64,000 nt of DNA from an uncultured Clostridia bacterium. GTDB taxonomy: Bacteria > Bacillota > Clostridia > Christensenellales > DTU072. The translations under genes were made by a program, and so were the position numbers. Under the pieces are notes generated by a model, which saw only the letters and a list, made by a program, of their open reading frames with translations, made no database searches and had not been told where the DNA came from. The stretch spans positions 384,386 through 448,385 of the forward strand of contig CAMOOO010000001.1 of the NCBI GenBank assembly GCA_946621465.1, given 5' to 3'. Of the stretch, positions 49,801 to 59,299 are shown one piece after another. Each line of letters begins with the position of its first letter. Within the stretch, counting starts at the first letter, position 1.

Positions 49801-51255
49801 TCAATTTATTCCACAAGATTTTTTCAAAAATAATATCGCAGGTCTAATTTGCTCTAAAGTGTCGGCAGAAGTCATGCCGATATCAGTATATTTTTTCTGA
49901 GCAAGTTCTCCAGCAAAACCATTGATAAATGTAGCGTAGGCAACAGATTTTAGTATATTATCAAATCTTTGCCCGACAACTGATGTCATAATGCCAAGCA
50001 GCACGTCTCCGCTTCCGGCAGTTGCCATTCCCGGGCAGCCCCTGTCTGTCAAATATACAGTCATTCCATCTGTAATGATCGTTGTCGGTCCTTTCAGAAC
50101 GGTAATGCAGTGATGAATTAAAGAAAAGGATTTTGCTGTCCCAACCGGGTCGAGAACAATCTCCTCAATGCTTTTATCGGAAATATGAGACATTTCAGAT
50201 AAATGCGGTGTAATAATCAAGTTATTATACTTCCGTAAACCGAGTTTTTTCCATGCGTATAAACCATCGGCATCTAAAACTATAGGACAGCCAGCATGAC
50301 TAAAAATTGTATTTAATAGATCAGCTCGATCCCCTCCTCTTCCCCATCCGCAGCCGATTCCAATTGCGGCAGAACGAGTTAAGAACTCAATAGAATCCTT
50401 TTCAGAAAAAAGCGTACTGGATAGCATATATGGAGCTACCGCAGTAAAGATTTCATCAGGAACAACCAATCTTACCACGCCACAACCTGAATATAATGAT
50501 GAACATGCCAGATTAGCCAGTTTAATAGCCCCTGAATAATTCTTGTTTCCGCCGAAAAGGGAAACATATCCGTATATACCCTTATGAGAATTGTGTAAAC
50601 GAGGCTTAAGAAATTCCATGCAGTCAACTGTATCAAATATCATTGCGTAGTCAAATATATCAAACCCAAGATCAATTACTTTTATTTTCTTGCAATAATC
50701 TTTTCCAGAGTTCAAATACAGCCCATATTTCGCACATCCAATGGTTAACACTAAATCAGCTTTAAATGCCGATTTCGCTATTCCTGTATTTGCTTCAAGG
50801 CCACTTGGAATATCTATGGAAATAATTTTTTTATTTGAATTATTAACCGAATTTATCAATTGCTTTTCTTCAACTGATAATTCGCCATGAAAGCCAATTC
50901 CATATAGACAATCAACGATCACATCATATTGGGAAAAATCGACTAGTTTGTATCCATAGATACATTTAATATGATTTTTTTTGCATTTGTTTAAATAAAA
51001 CAAACCCGCATCCGAATACTTTTCCCGCACAATCAATAACGTAATATCTTTTGCACAAGAAAGCATAGATGCCGCTGCATACCCGTCACCGGCATTATTT
51101 CCCGTTCCACAAATAAAGAGAATTTTTGAATACTCTTTTAATTCATCAGCAATCGCCTCTCCGACTTTTCCCATAAGAGAAATGGGGGTAGCACCCCCAT
51201 CGAAAATTTTACTTTCAGCAGTCCTGCCTTGTGAGGACGAGCAAACAGGTTTCAT
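49801..51255 (-). CDS. nnr: Bifunctional NAD(P)H-hydrate repair enzyme Nnr (YjeF-N epimerase plus ADP-dependent dehydratase)
   Basis: Two-domain architecture: GTGNNAGDGY in the N-domain and GSGDVLLG in the C-domain. The preferred start is MKPV at 51255, in a TAATG overlap with the upstream stop. The tracked start 51324 lies inside the upstream gene. Confidence 0.8.
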   Translation of the reverse strand: MKPVCSSSQGRTAESKIFDGGATPISLMGKVGEAIADELKEYSKILFICGTGNNAGDGYAAASMLSCAKDITLLIVREKYSDAGLFYLNKCKKNHIKCIYGYKLVDFSQYDVIVDCLYGIGFHGELSVEEKQLINSVNNSNKKIISIDIPSGLEANTGIAKSAFKADLVLTIGCAKYGLYLNSGKDYCKKIKVIDLGFDIFDYAMIFDTVDCMEFLKPRLHNSHKGIYGYVSLFGGNKNYSGAIKLANLACSSLYSGCGVVRLVVPDEIFTAVAPYMLSSTLFSEKDSIEFLTRSAAIGIGCGWGRGGDRADLLNTIFSHAGCPIVLDADGLYAWKKLGLRKYNNLIITPHLSEMSHISDKSIEEIVLDPVGTAKSFSLIHHCITVLKGPTTIITDGMTVYLTDRGCPGMATAGSGDVLLGIMTSVVGQRFDNILKSVAYATFINGFAGELAQKKYTDIGMTSADTLEQIRPAILFLKKSCGIN

Positions 51256-52637
51256 TATTCTTCCAACAAAGAATTTGCCAAATGAACGCCCATCACGGAA
51301 GACATCATCAATCCGCGTGTCCATCCGCTGGAGTCACCTAAGCAATAAAGATTAGTAACTGCAGTTTTCAATTTATCATTCATTACAATACGGTTACTGT
51401 AGAATTTAATTTCAGGCGCATATAGTAGCGTTTCGCTTCCACCAAAGCCCGGGAATATTTTATCTACCTGAGAAATAAATTCCAAAATAGATATCATGGT
51501 CCGGTACGGCATCGCGCTGGTGATGTCACCGGCAACGGCATCCATGAGGGTCGGTCTGACGTTACCCATTGCCAGTTCTTTTGTCCAGGTCCTTTTACCG
51601 CAACGAATATCTCCCAATCTTTGAACAAGGATATGTCCGTCACCAAGCATATTAAGGAGCTGACCAACCTTCTGCGCATACAATATCGGTTGATTAAACG
51701 GAACGGAAAAATGATGTGAGCAAAGGATGGCTAAATTGGTATTCTCCGATTTAACCTCTTTAAAAGCGTGACCGTTAACAAGTGCGAGATTGTCTTCGTA
51801 ATTCTCTTGAGCAACAAAACCACCTGGGTTTTGACAGAAAGTCCTTACCTTGTTAAAGAACGGCTTCGGATAACCGATTAACTTGGATTCATATAATGCC
51901 TTATTGACTTCCTCCATAATTTCGCTCCGAAGTTCAACACGGACGCCGATATCGACGTTCCCGGATTCGGAAGTTATGTTATGGAGACGGCACATTCTGT
52001 CCAACCAGTCGGCGCCGCGTCTGCCGGTGGCTACAACGGTTATATCCGAATAGTATTCTTTGTCTCCCACAACAACGCCTTTACAAACGTTATCTTTGAT
52101 AATTAAGTCGGTAACCAAAGATAAGGAATGAAGTTCTACGCCGTTATCCGTCAGATAATGCTGGAGTTTTAAATACAGAGCGTGCGCTTTTTCCGTGCCG
52201 AGATGGCGTATCGGACAATCGACCAATTTTAAGTCAGCGTTGATTGCTCTACGCCTGATTTCTTTTATTTTATCGACGTCTTCTATTCCTTCAACATGGG
52301 TATCCGCACCAAATTTTAAATATATTTGATCGGTGTAATCAATTAAACTCTGCGCTTTTTCCGCGCCAATTAAATCAGGCAGGTCTCCGCCAACCTCGCG
52401 GCTTAAGGATAATTTACCGTCACTGAAAGCACCGGCTCCGGCAAAGCCCGCGGTTATATTACAGCAGGGTTGACACTGAACGCATTTTTTTGTTACGCTC
52501 TTTGGGCAGGATCTGTTTTCCAACGTTCTGCCTTCTTCGAAAATAGCAATTTTGCCCGAGAACCCTTTATCGATCAATTGATAAGCGGTAAAGATTCCGG
52601 CAGGACCGGCACCAACGATGATAACGTCGTATTTCAT
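51255..52637 (-). CDS. FAD-dependent oxidoreductase (COG2509-like)
   Basis: 460 aa. Has the dinucleotide fold MKYDVIIVGAGPAGIFTAYQL and a cysteine-rich insert CPKSVTKKCVQCQPCC. Confidence 0.65.
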   Translation of the reverse strand: MKYDVIIVGAGPAGIFTAYQLIDKGFSGKIAIFEEGRTLENRSCPKSVTKKCVQCQPCCNITAGFAGAGAFSDGKLSLSREVGGDLPDLIGAEKAQSLIDYTDQIYLKFGADTHVEGIEDVDKIKEIRRRAINADLKLVDCPIRHLGTEKAHALYLKLQHYLTDNGVELHSLSLVTDLIIKDNVCKGVVVGDKEYYSDITVVATGRRGADWLDRMCRLHNITSESGNVDIGVRVELRSEIMEEVNKALYESKLIGYPKPFFNKVRTFCQNPGGFVAQENYEDNLALVNGHAFKEVKSENTNLAILCSHHFSVPFNQPILYAQKVGQLLNMLGDGHILVQRLGDIRCGKRTWTKELAMGNVRPTLMDAVAGDITSAMPYRTMISILEFISQVDKIFPGFGGSETLLYAPEIKFYSNRIVMNDKLKTAVTNLYCLGDSSGWTRGLMMSSVMGVHLANSLLEE

Positions 52638-52735
52638 TAACAGTTTCCTCCATTGTTTTTTACGAGTGACATATGAGTACTCTGCATACTATGCAGTTAC
52701 GTTCATTAAACACTTTCCTTCCGAAAACCTTATCT

Positions 52736-52764
52736 ATCATACCACCGCAGAAACGATTTGTCAA
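52736..52764 (-). promoter_or_regulatory. SigA-type promoter for the FAD-oxidoreductase/nnr unit
   Basis: On the minus strand: TTGACA (52764..52759), 17 nt, TATGAT (52741..52736). This leaves a leader of about 90 nt containing the hairpin CTGCATAGTATGCAG. Confidence 0.65.
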
Positions 52765-52801
52765 AATAAAACGAATGCCGTGGCAACTAATAAAGGTGAT
52801 A

Positions 52802-54295
52802 CTATTGCAAAATTTTGTTGCAGGCATTGACGTAAGCCAAGATACTTGCTTCCACCGTATCCGTAGAAACACCTCGACCGGTGACCTTTTTACCCTTGTA
52901 TTCCAGCCGCAATGTTGCCGCTCCAAGAGCGTCTTCACCTTCCGTAATAGCGCTCGACGACCAATCCAGCAACATAAAGTCTTTCCCTATGATTCTGTTG
53001 ATCGTTTTGAAAGCTGCGTCAAGCGGTCCGTCTCCCGATCCTTCGCCTATTTTGATTTCATCACCCGTTTTCAACTTCAACGTCGCAACCGCAGAGCTAC
53101 CCTTTACCGTAATTATGCTGTAACTTTCAAGGGAATACAGTCTCGCTATTTTTACATTATGCCCGTGGGAAATCAAATACATGATATCTTTATGTGTAAC
53201 GATCTTCTTTTTATCGGCAAGTAATTTAAACCGTTCAAACAGATCGTTTAATTCTTCATCGGAAACTCTGATATCCATACTACTGAGATACTCGTAAAGT
53301 GCGTGTTTGCCACTGTGTTTTCCTAGAACGATATTATTCTGAACGATGCCCAATTCCGACGGGTCTAAAATTTCATAAGTGCTTCTGTGTTGCAAAATGC
53401 CATGTTGATGAATGCCGCTTTCGTGCAAGAAAACGTTTTTACCCACGATCGGTTTATTGGCGGCGATTTTCGTCCCTGTGAGCGCTGTGAGCATTTGAGA
53501 TGTTGGACTGATCTGTTTTAAAACAATTCCGTTTTCCACGTCATAATGATCTTTACGCGTGTGAAGAGCAAGAACAACTTCTTCAAGCGCAGTATTCCCG
53601 GCTCTCTCTCCGATACCGTTTACCGTACAATCTATTTGCTTTGCTCCGCCTTCAATCGCGGCAAGGGTATTCGCTACGGCAAGACCCAAATCATTATGAC
53701 AATGCGCTGAGAAAACGACTCCAGGAAATCTTTCACTAACCAATTGGAATAGCTCTTTTATTTCTTCCGGAAAGGAATACCCGACGGTGTCCGGGATGCC
53801 GATTATTTGCGCACCTGCGCCTATGGCAACTTCAATTGCTTTAAGTAAAAAGTCACGATTACTCCTCGTTGCATCTTCGCAAGAAAACTGTACTTCAGAA
53901 AACAGCGAGCGAGCATAGCGGACACTAGTGTCTATTTTATCCAGAACTTCTTGTTCGGTAAGTTCCAACTTATACTGCATATGCAAGGGACTGGTCGCCA
54001 AAAAAAGGTGCAAACGGGATTTTACCGCGCCCTTTAAAGCCTCGTATGCAATGTCGATATCTTCTTTCTTGCAACGTGACAAACTGCAAACTGTTGCATT
54101 TTTTATAATAGCGGCAATTTGTTTAACCGATTCGGCGTCGTCCGGACTGGCCGCCGCAAAGCCGGCTTCGATCACATCAACACCAAGTTTCTCCAGCTGA
54201 AGAGCCATTTCTGTCTTTTCATAGGCGAGCATACTATTTCCGGGTGCCTGTTCTCCGTCTCTGAGCGTTGTGTCCAAAATTATGATTTTTTGCAT
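52802..54295 (-). CDS. leuA: 2-isopropylmalate synthase / (R)-citramalate synthase family (LeuA/CimA)
   Basis: 497 aa. Has LDTTLRDGEQAPG, HCHNDLGLAVANTLAA and a C-terminal LeuA-dimer regulatory domain. No leuBCD in the window. Confidence 0.75.
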   Translation of the reverse strand: MQKIIILDTTLRDGEQAPGNSMLAYEKTEMALQLEKLGVDVIEAGFAAASPDDAESVKQIAAIIKNATVCSLSRCKKEDIDIAYEALKGAVKSRLHLFLATSPLHMQYKLELTEQEVLDKIDTSVRYARSLFSEVQFSCEDATRSNRDFLLKAIEVAIGAGAQIIGIPDTVGYSFPEEIKELFQLVSERFPGVVFSAHCHNDLGLAVANTLAAIEGGAKQIDCTVNGIGERAGNTALEEVVLALHTRKDHYDVENGIVLKQISPTSQMLTALTGTKIAANKPIVGKNVFLHESGIHQHGILQHRSTYEILDPSELGIVQNNIVLGKHSGKHALYEYLSSMDIRVSDEELNDLFERFKLLADKKKIVTHKDIMYLISHGHNVKIARLYSLESYSIITVKGSSAVATLKLKTGDEIKIGEGSGDGPLDAAFKTINRIIGKDFMLLDWSSSAITEGEDALGAATLRLEYKGKKVTGRGVSTDTVEASILAYVNACNKILQ

Positions 54296-54401
54296 AAATA
54301 TTAAAATCCTATCTTGTTAATTTGTACGATACATAGTATAATTTAAAAAAAAAGGAATGTCAAATTGATATTTGACTTTCGAAACAATAAGGATACCATT
54401 T

Positions 54402-55481
54402 ATGAGAATACTTGTTTTGCCAGATTCATTTAAAGGAAGCCTATCCGCTATCGATTTTTGCGGTATAGCCAAACGGGTTATAGAAAACAATCTAGGCGCA
54501 TCCGTAGAGTGTTATCCGATTTGTGACGGTGGCGAAGGCAGTGTAGATTGTCTCAACACAATTTTCAACGGAAAAACGTTTACATCAAAGGTAACCGACG
54601 GGAATCTATTCAAACGTACGGCAAAGTTCGGCTATGACGATAAGCACGCATTTATTGCTGTTTCCGAGACGTCCGGGCTACCGCAAACAATGATTAAGGA
54701 TCCAGGAATCACCACAACAGTAGGTATGGGTGAGCAGATTCTGCAAGCAAAACACCTCGGAAAGAAAGATATCGTTCTCTGTCTTGGCGGAAGCTCCACC
54801 AACGACGGCGGCGCCGGATTGGTCTATGCGCTTGGAGGAAGGTTTTATGACAAAGATGGGAATTCCTTTTTGCCGACAGGCGATACCTTAGGCAACGTTG
54901 TTTCCATAGATTTAAAAGATTTCAACAAAGCAATCGAGGGCATGACGTTCACCGCGCTAAGTGACGTCACCAATCCGCTTCTTGGCCCAAACGGTTGTTC
55001 GTACGTTTTCTCACCCCAAAAAGGAGCAAAGACGCAAGCTCAGGTCGATCGGCTGGAGTACAATATGGCTCAATACGCTACCGTTACAGGTTTTTTGGGT
55101 GCCGAGCCATCCTCTCCCGGAGCCGGAGCAGCCGGCGGACTGGGATATTGCGTTCTTGCTTTCTTGAAAGGAAAAATCGTAAGCGGCATTGATTTCATCT
55201 TAAACGCAATAGAATTTGAAAAGAAAGTTGCCGCTGCCGATATTATTATTACAGGCGAAGGAAAATTCGACACAACCTCTCTTTCCGGTAAAGTCGTTTC
55301 CGGAATAATAAATCGTACCCCGAAGGATAAGCGCATCTTCGTTTTATGCGGACAAGGCGACCCGAACGATAAAGTCACCGTAGTCCCGATTAACGATCAC
55401 AATCTTTCTCTTTCGGAAAATATGATGAATACAAAAACAAACTTGGAGAATGCATTAAGAGAATTATGCCAGATATTATAG
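54402..55481 (+). CDS. glxK: Glycerate kinase
   Basis: MRILVLPDSFKGSLSA is the canonical glycerate kinase N-terminus. Has the GEGxxD motif ITGEGKFDTTSLSGK. The tracked TTG start at 54372 is probably an extension. Confidence 0.85.
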   Translation: MRILVLPDSFKGSLSAIDFCGIAKRVIENNLGASVECYPICDGGEGSVDCLNTIFNGKTFTSKVTDGNLFKRTAKFGYDDKHAFIAVSETSGLPQTMIKDPGITTTVGMGEQILQAKHLGKKDIVLCLGGSSTNDGGAGLVYALGGRFYDKDGNSFLPTGDTLGNVVSIDLKDFNKAIEGMTFTALSDVTNPLLGPNGCSYVFSPQKGAKTQAQVDRLEYNMAQYATVTGFLGAEPSSPGAGAAGGLGYCVLAFLKGKIVSGIDFILNAIEFEKKVAAADIIITGEGKFDTTSLSGKVVSGIINRTPKDKRIFVLCGQGDPNDKVTVVPINDHNLSLSENMMNTKTNLENALRELCQIL

Positions 55482-56359
55482 ATACGAAAAAACGCAACTT
55501 CTACGCCGTATGGACAATGCTTTTCGGTACTATTGTCAATGCCGCTCTTTTCGGCGTAAAACTATGGATTGGACTGGCCGCAAATAATATTTCCATTGTA
55601 ACGGACGCTATCAACAACCTCGGCGACATTGTCAGCTGCATTCTTTCTATGATTTGCTTTTTTATCATCTCAAAGAACACGAAGACCGAACGTTATCCTC
55701 ATGGACTTGGGCGATTGGAACCGATTTCTTCACTGATAATGTCCATGATAATCGTATTTATCGGCGGATACTTTTTTATCTCCGCTTTGAATCGTCTTAT
55801 GCTCGCCTCCCTCGTCCTATTTAAATGGACCTATTTCATTATTCTCCTTGTAACGGTGTTTATTAAAATCGGCTTAGCGGTTATGTATAAACTGCAAAAT
55901 AAAAAAATACGTTCCGACGTGCTTCAATGTTGTTATATGGATAGCATATTGGATGCCGCAATCACTCTTATGACCGTTATCGGTCTTCTACTCACGAAAT
56001 ACGTCCAGTTCCGATTTGATGGGATATTCGGAGCAATAGTCAGCACCTTCATGATTGTCGGAGGAATAAAACTGTTTATTACTAATTTACGCACACTTTT
56101 GGGAACAAATCCGGACAAAAAGGAGTACGATACGATCATAAACAAGCTATATTCAACCGGAATAATCTCCGAAATCTATTCTACTGAATACCATGATTAC
56201 GGTCCCAATGAAAGAGAATTGCTCATAAATGCACTCTTTACAACACCATTATATCATGATATAATAGAAAATACAGTCGAAGATATAAATAAAAACTTCG
56301 GAATAAAAATCATCTTTATAATTGAGGTCAACAATGAAAAAGGAAAAGAAACAACGTAA
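55466..56359 (+). CDS. Cation diffusion facilitator (CDF) family transporter with a variant metal site
   Basis: Six TM helices. The TM2 motif is NNISIVTDAINNLGD (normally ..DA.H...D). TM5 is YMDSILDAAITL. Has a C-terminal cytoplasmic domain. Confidence 0.65.
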   Translation: MPDIIDTKKRNFYAVWTMLFGTIVNAALFGVKLWIGLAANNISIVTDAINNLGDIVSCILSMICFFIISKNTKTERYPHGLGRLEPISSLIMSMIIVFIGGYFFISALNRLMLASLVLFKWTYFIILLVTVFIKIGLAVMYKLQNKKIRSDVLQCCYMDSILDAAITLMTVIGLLLTKYVQFRFDGIFGAIVSTFMIVGGIKLFITNLRTLLGTNPDKKEYDTIINKLYSTGIISEIYSTEYHDYGPNERELLINALFTTPLYHDIIENTVEDINKNFGIKIIFIIEVNNEKGKETT

Positions 56360-57602
56360 AAAAGGTAGAGGTCTTATCATAACCGTAATTGTTTTATCCT
56401 GCATTATCTTTATATTCGGCGTACTGGCTTTAATCAACTATGTGAGCAGCAACGCAAACACCAAATATGCCGATAACGTTGAAAAAGTCAAGTATGAAAA
56501 TCAACTTACTCCGTACGTAGATCCTGAAACAGGCTGCTGGACCTTCACCTGCGATCGGGATTTCCGCATAATGCAACTAACCGATGTTCACGTCGGCGGC
56601 GGATTTATGTCCATTCAAAAAGATAGCTGGGCACTGAATGCCGTTGCTACGTTGATTGCCGATCAAAAACCGGATCTTGTTATCGTCACCGGTGATATCG
56701 GTTATCCCGTCCCCTTCCAATCCGGCACCTTTAATAATATGACCCCGGTAAAGGAATTCTCTACACTAATGGAAAGTTTGGGCGTATATTGGACATTTAC
56801 ATACGGTAACCACGATACCGAGGTTTATAGTTACTATACGAGAAAAGATATCAACGACTACTATCTTGACAAAATCAAAAGCGGCGAATTGAAATACTGT
56901 CTCTACGCCAGTCAGTTCGACGGAACGATCGACGGATATGACGGACTAGAAGCAGACGCCGGTTACGGTAATTCCATTATCAACGTTAAAAACAGTGCAG
57001 GTGTAATAACCCAGAGTCTGTTTATTCTTGATTCCCACTCCTACGAAAAGGGATTTTTCCGTGACTACGATCATATGCATCAATGTCAGATTGATTGGTA
57101 CAAAAACAGTTTAATTACGCTTAATGAAGCCAATAAAAAGGTCCTGAATGATGAATCCGATGAAATGACCATTAAGTCACTTGCTTTCTTTCATATTCCG
57201 ATGAGTGAATTCAAAGATGCATACAAAGAATGGCACAACAATGGGCAAAAGGACACCGAAAACGTCCAACTGATTTACGGCAAGATGGGCGAAGACATTG
57301 ACGGAGAATGGGTCTACTGCGGCGTTACGGAAGACAACCTCTTTGAGACCATGATGGAAATGAATAGCACCCAAGGCGTCTTCTGTGGACACGACCACTA
57401 CAATAACTTCTCGCTGTTCTATAACGGCGGCAAATACGACCATTCTATCAGACTGACGTATGGCATGAGCATTGACTATCTTGCATATATCGGAATCGCC
57501 AAAGAAACGGCTCAACGCGGCTGCACGATGATAACCGTATCTACCGATGGTTCATTCGACTGCTGCGGCTACAGATTAGCTGATAGCAAAATTATTGATT
57601 AA
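56334..57602 (+). CDS. Membrane-anchored calcineurin-like metallophosphoesterase
   Basis: N-terminal TM. Has QLTDVHVGGG, VTGDIGYP and YGNHD phosphoesterase motifs. GAGGT RBS sits upstream of the ATG at 56334. The tracked start 56322 is TTG. Confidence 0.75.
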   Translation: MKKEKKQRKKGRGLIITVIVLSCIIFIFGVLALINYVSSNANTKYADNVEKVKYENQLTPYVDPETGCWTFTCDRDFRIMQLTDVHVGGGFMSIQKDSWALNAVATLIADQKPDLVIVTGDIGYPVPFQSGTFNNMTPVKEFSTLMESLGVYWTFTYGNHDTEVYSYYTRKDINDYYLDKIKSGELKYCLYASQFDGTIDGYDGLEADAGYGNSIINVKNSAGVITQSLFILDSHSYEKGFFRDYDHMHQCQIDWYKNSLITLNEANKKVLNDESDEMTIKSLAFFHIPMSEFKDAYKEWHNNGQKDTENVQLIYGKMGEDIDGEWVYCGVTEDNLFETMMEMNSTQGVFCGHDHYNNFSLFYNGGKYDHSIRLTYGMSIDYLAYIGIAKETAQRGCTMITVSTDGSFDCCGYRLADSKIID

Positions 57603-57616
57603 CAACATCAAATCTG

Positions 57617-57645
57617 TTGCAAAATAAAATAGTTCGTTGTATAAT
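57617..57645 (+). promoter_or_regulatory. SigA-type promoter of tRNA-Ser(GGA)
   Basis: TTGCAA (57617..57622), 17 nt, TATAAT (57640..57645), 33 nt upstream of the tRNA 5' end. Confidence 0.7.
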
Positions 57646-57678
57646 AGGTTTCGCATTTAACAAAATTCGACCCGGAAT

Positions 57679-57769
57679 GGAGAGATGTCCGAGAGGTCGA
57701 AGGAGCACGACTGGAAATCGTGTGTACTGCGAACCAGTACCATGGGTTCGAATCCCATTCTCTCCGCCA
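57679..57769 (+). tRNA. tRNA-Ser (anticodon GGA), type II, encoded CCA
   Basis: Hand fold: acceptor GGAGAGA/TCTCTCC, anticodon stem CACGA/TCGTG with loop CTGGAAA, variable stem GTACTG/CAGTAC, T-arm ATGGG TTCGAAT CCCAT, then G-CCA. Confidence 0.93.
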
Positions 57770-57773
57770 AGCA

Positions 57774-57820
57774 AAACCTAAATCGAACCCATAAAGGTCG
57801 GTTTAGGTTTTTCTTTTATG
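57774..57820 (+). terminator. Imperfect terminator hairpin after tRNA-Ser(GGA)
   Basis: AAACCTAAATCGAACC pairs with GGTCGGTTTAGGTTT (one mismatch, one bulge), followed by TTTTTCTTTT. Confidence 0.6.
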
Positions 57821-58222
57821 CGTTTTTCGGGGATTTGATATATGTTTTCACCATTCAAAAGGTGTTCGTACAGGTGTGTTCGTATCGCTCTATCCCTATC
57901 ACGAAACGGACGTTTTATGTCGCGAAAAATAAATAGACGCATAAATGGTGTAAAATTCAAATATAGCCGACGGCGGATCATCGGGGCGATTCGCAAGCGG
58001 TTTAGCGAGAACGCCCCGATCCGCTCGGCTTTGAGTGTTTCATTTTACCGTGTCGATTTGGTTTTCGGCGGGTGCTTGACCGCGCCGAGAATCGGTGCGC
58101 TTGTATATGTCCAGCACCCGCCATAGTGCCATTTATAAATATTTTGCTAATATGATAAGGATTTGCTTGCTATTATTCGCAATCCAGAATATAATATAAT
58201 TATAAAATTTTGAGGTGATATT

Positions 58223-59290
58223 ATGTTAAGTTTTATGTCCGCAAAAGAAGCCGCTGAAAAATGGGATATCTCTCAAAGGAGAGTAGCAATTCTTTGTTCC
58301 GAAAAGCGTATTGACGGAGCGATGATGGTCGGCAATATGTGGATTATTCCGTCCACCGCCGAAAAGCCTATCGATAAAAGAACCGTGCGCTATGAAAAAA
58401 CAAAAACTATTACACTTAAACCGTTTGTAAAATGGGTAGGCGGCAAAAGTCAACTTGTCGATGAAATAGAAAAAATGTTACCGGCTGATGGTAAAAAGGT
58501 TTTAACAAAATATGCTGAACCCATGGTAGGCGGCGGCGCATTATTTTTCAATATCCTTTCAAAGTATGATTTTGAAGAACTTTATATAAGCGATATAAAC
58601 GCTGAACTTATAAACGCATATAAAGCCGTAAAAGACGATGTGAATAACTTGATTACTAAACTAAATGAAATGCAAATGACTTTTTTGCCTATGGATGAAA
58701 ACGGCAGAAAGTATTTCTATTATAGTGTGCGCGAAAAGTTTAATTCCACCGTTTTATCGGCGGAGACTGCTACCGAAAAAGCCGCACAATTTGTTTTCTT
58801 GAATAAAACTTGTTTCAATGGCTTGTATCGTGTAAATAGAAAAGGTCAATTTAACGTTCCTATGGGTGCATACAAAAACCCGACTATTTGTGATGATGAA
58901 AATTTACGCAACATTCACGAAGCGTTGCAAAACGTAACAATAGTTTGCGGTGATTATTCCCTTTCGAAATCGTTCATAGATAAAGACACTTTCGTATATC
59001 TTGATCCCCCTTATCGTCCTATTTCCGAAACATCTGCATTTACTTCATATAATTCTGAATCTTTTGATGATAACGAGCAGATACGACTTGCACAGTTTAT
59101 TGATGAAATCAACAAGTTGGGAGCAAAGATTGTTTTAAGCAATTCCGATCCGAAAAATGTAAACGAAGAAGATAATTTCTTTGATGATTTGTATAGAAAC
59201 TATAAAATCAATCGTGTCGAAGCAAACCGCGCAATCAATAGTAAAGGTGATAAGCGCGGAAAAATAAATGAATTGCTCATCTGCAACTGA
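58223..59290 (+). CDS. Dam-type N6-adenine DNA methyltransferase (GATC-type, DpnM/M.MboIA-like) with an N-terminal helix-turn-helix domain
   Basis: The N-terminus SAKEAAEKWDISQRRVAILCSEKRIDGAMMVGNMWIIP is a common Firmicutes HTH module. It is followed by KPFVKWVGGKSQL, FNGLYRVN and VYLDPPYRP (Dam family motifs). RBS GAGGTGA. Confidence 0.85.
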   Translation: MLSFMSAKEAAEKWDISQRRVAILCSEKRIDGAMMVGNMWIIPSTAEKPIDKRTVRYEKTKTITLKPFVKWVGGKSQLVDEIEKMLPADGKKVLTKYAEPMVGGGALFFNILSKYDFEELYISDINAELINAYKAVKDDVNNLITKLNEMQMTFLPMDENGRKYFYYSVREKFNSTVLSAETATEKAAQFVFLNKTCFNGLYRVNRKGQFNVPMGAYKNPTICDDENLRNIHEALQNVTIVCGDYSLSKSFIDKDTFVYLDPPYRPISETSAFTSYNSESFDDNEQIRLAQFIDEINKLGAKIVLSNSDPKNVNEEDNFFDDLYRNYKINRVEANRAINSKGDKRGKINELLICN

Positions 59291-59299
59291 GGTGAAACT

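Noticed and set aside
57778-57996. A 72-aa minus-strand ORF next to the tRNA containing IRTHLYEHLLNGENIYQI, vaguely like the RHT..THLL..G..I..IQ box of tyrosine recombinases
   Set aside because: The match is short and out of register (RTH, not RHT). No catalytic Tyr region or upstream integrase frames could be reconstructed by translating the neighbouring 400 nt. It is kept only as something to test with an HMM.
57842-58126. A 94-aa plus-strand ORF in the island's left non-coding stretch
   Set aside because: It is Arg-rich low-complexity sequence with no SD, and it spans the GC-rich hairpin. More likely non-coding or a decayed remnant.
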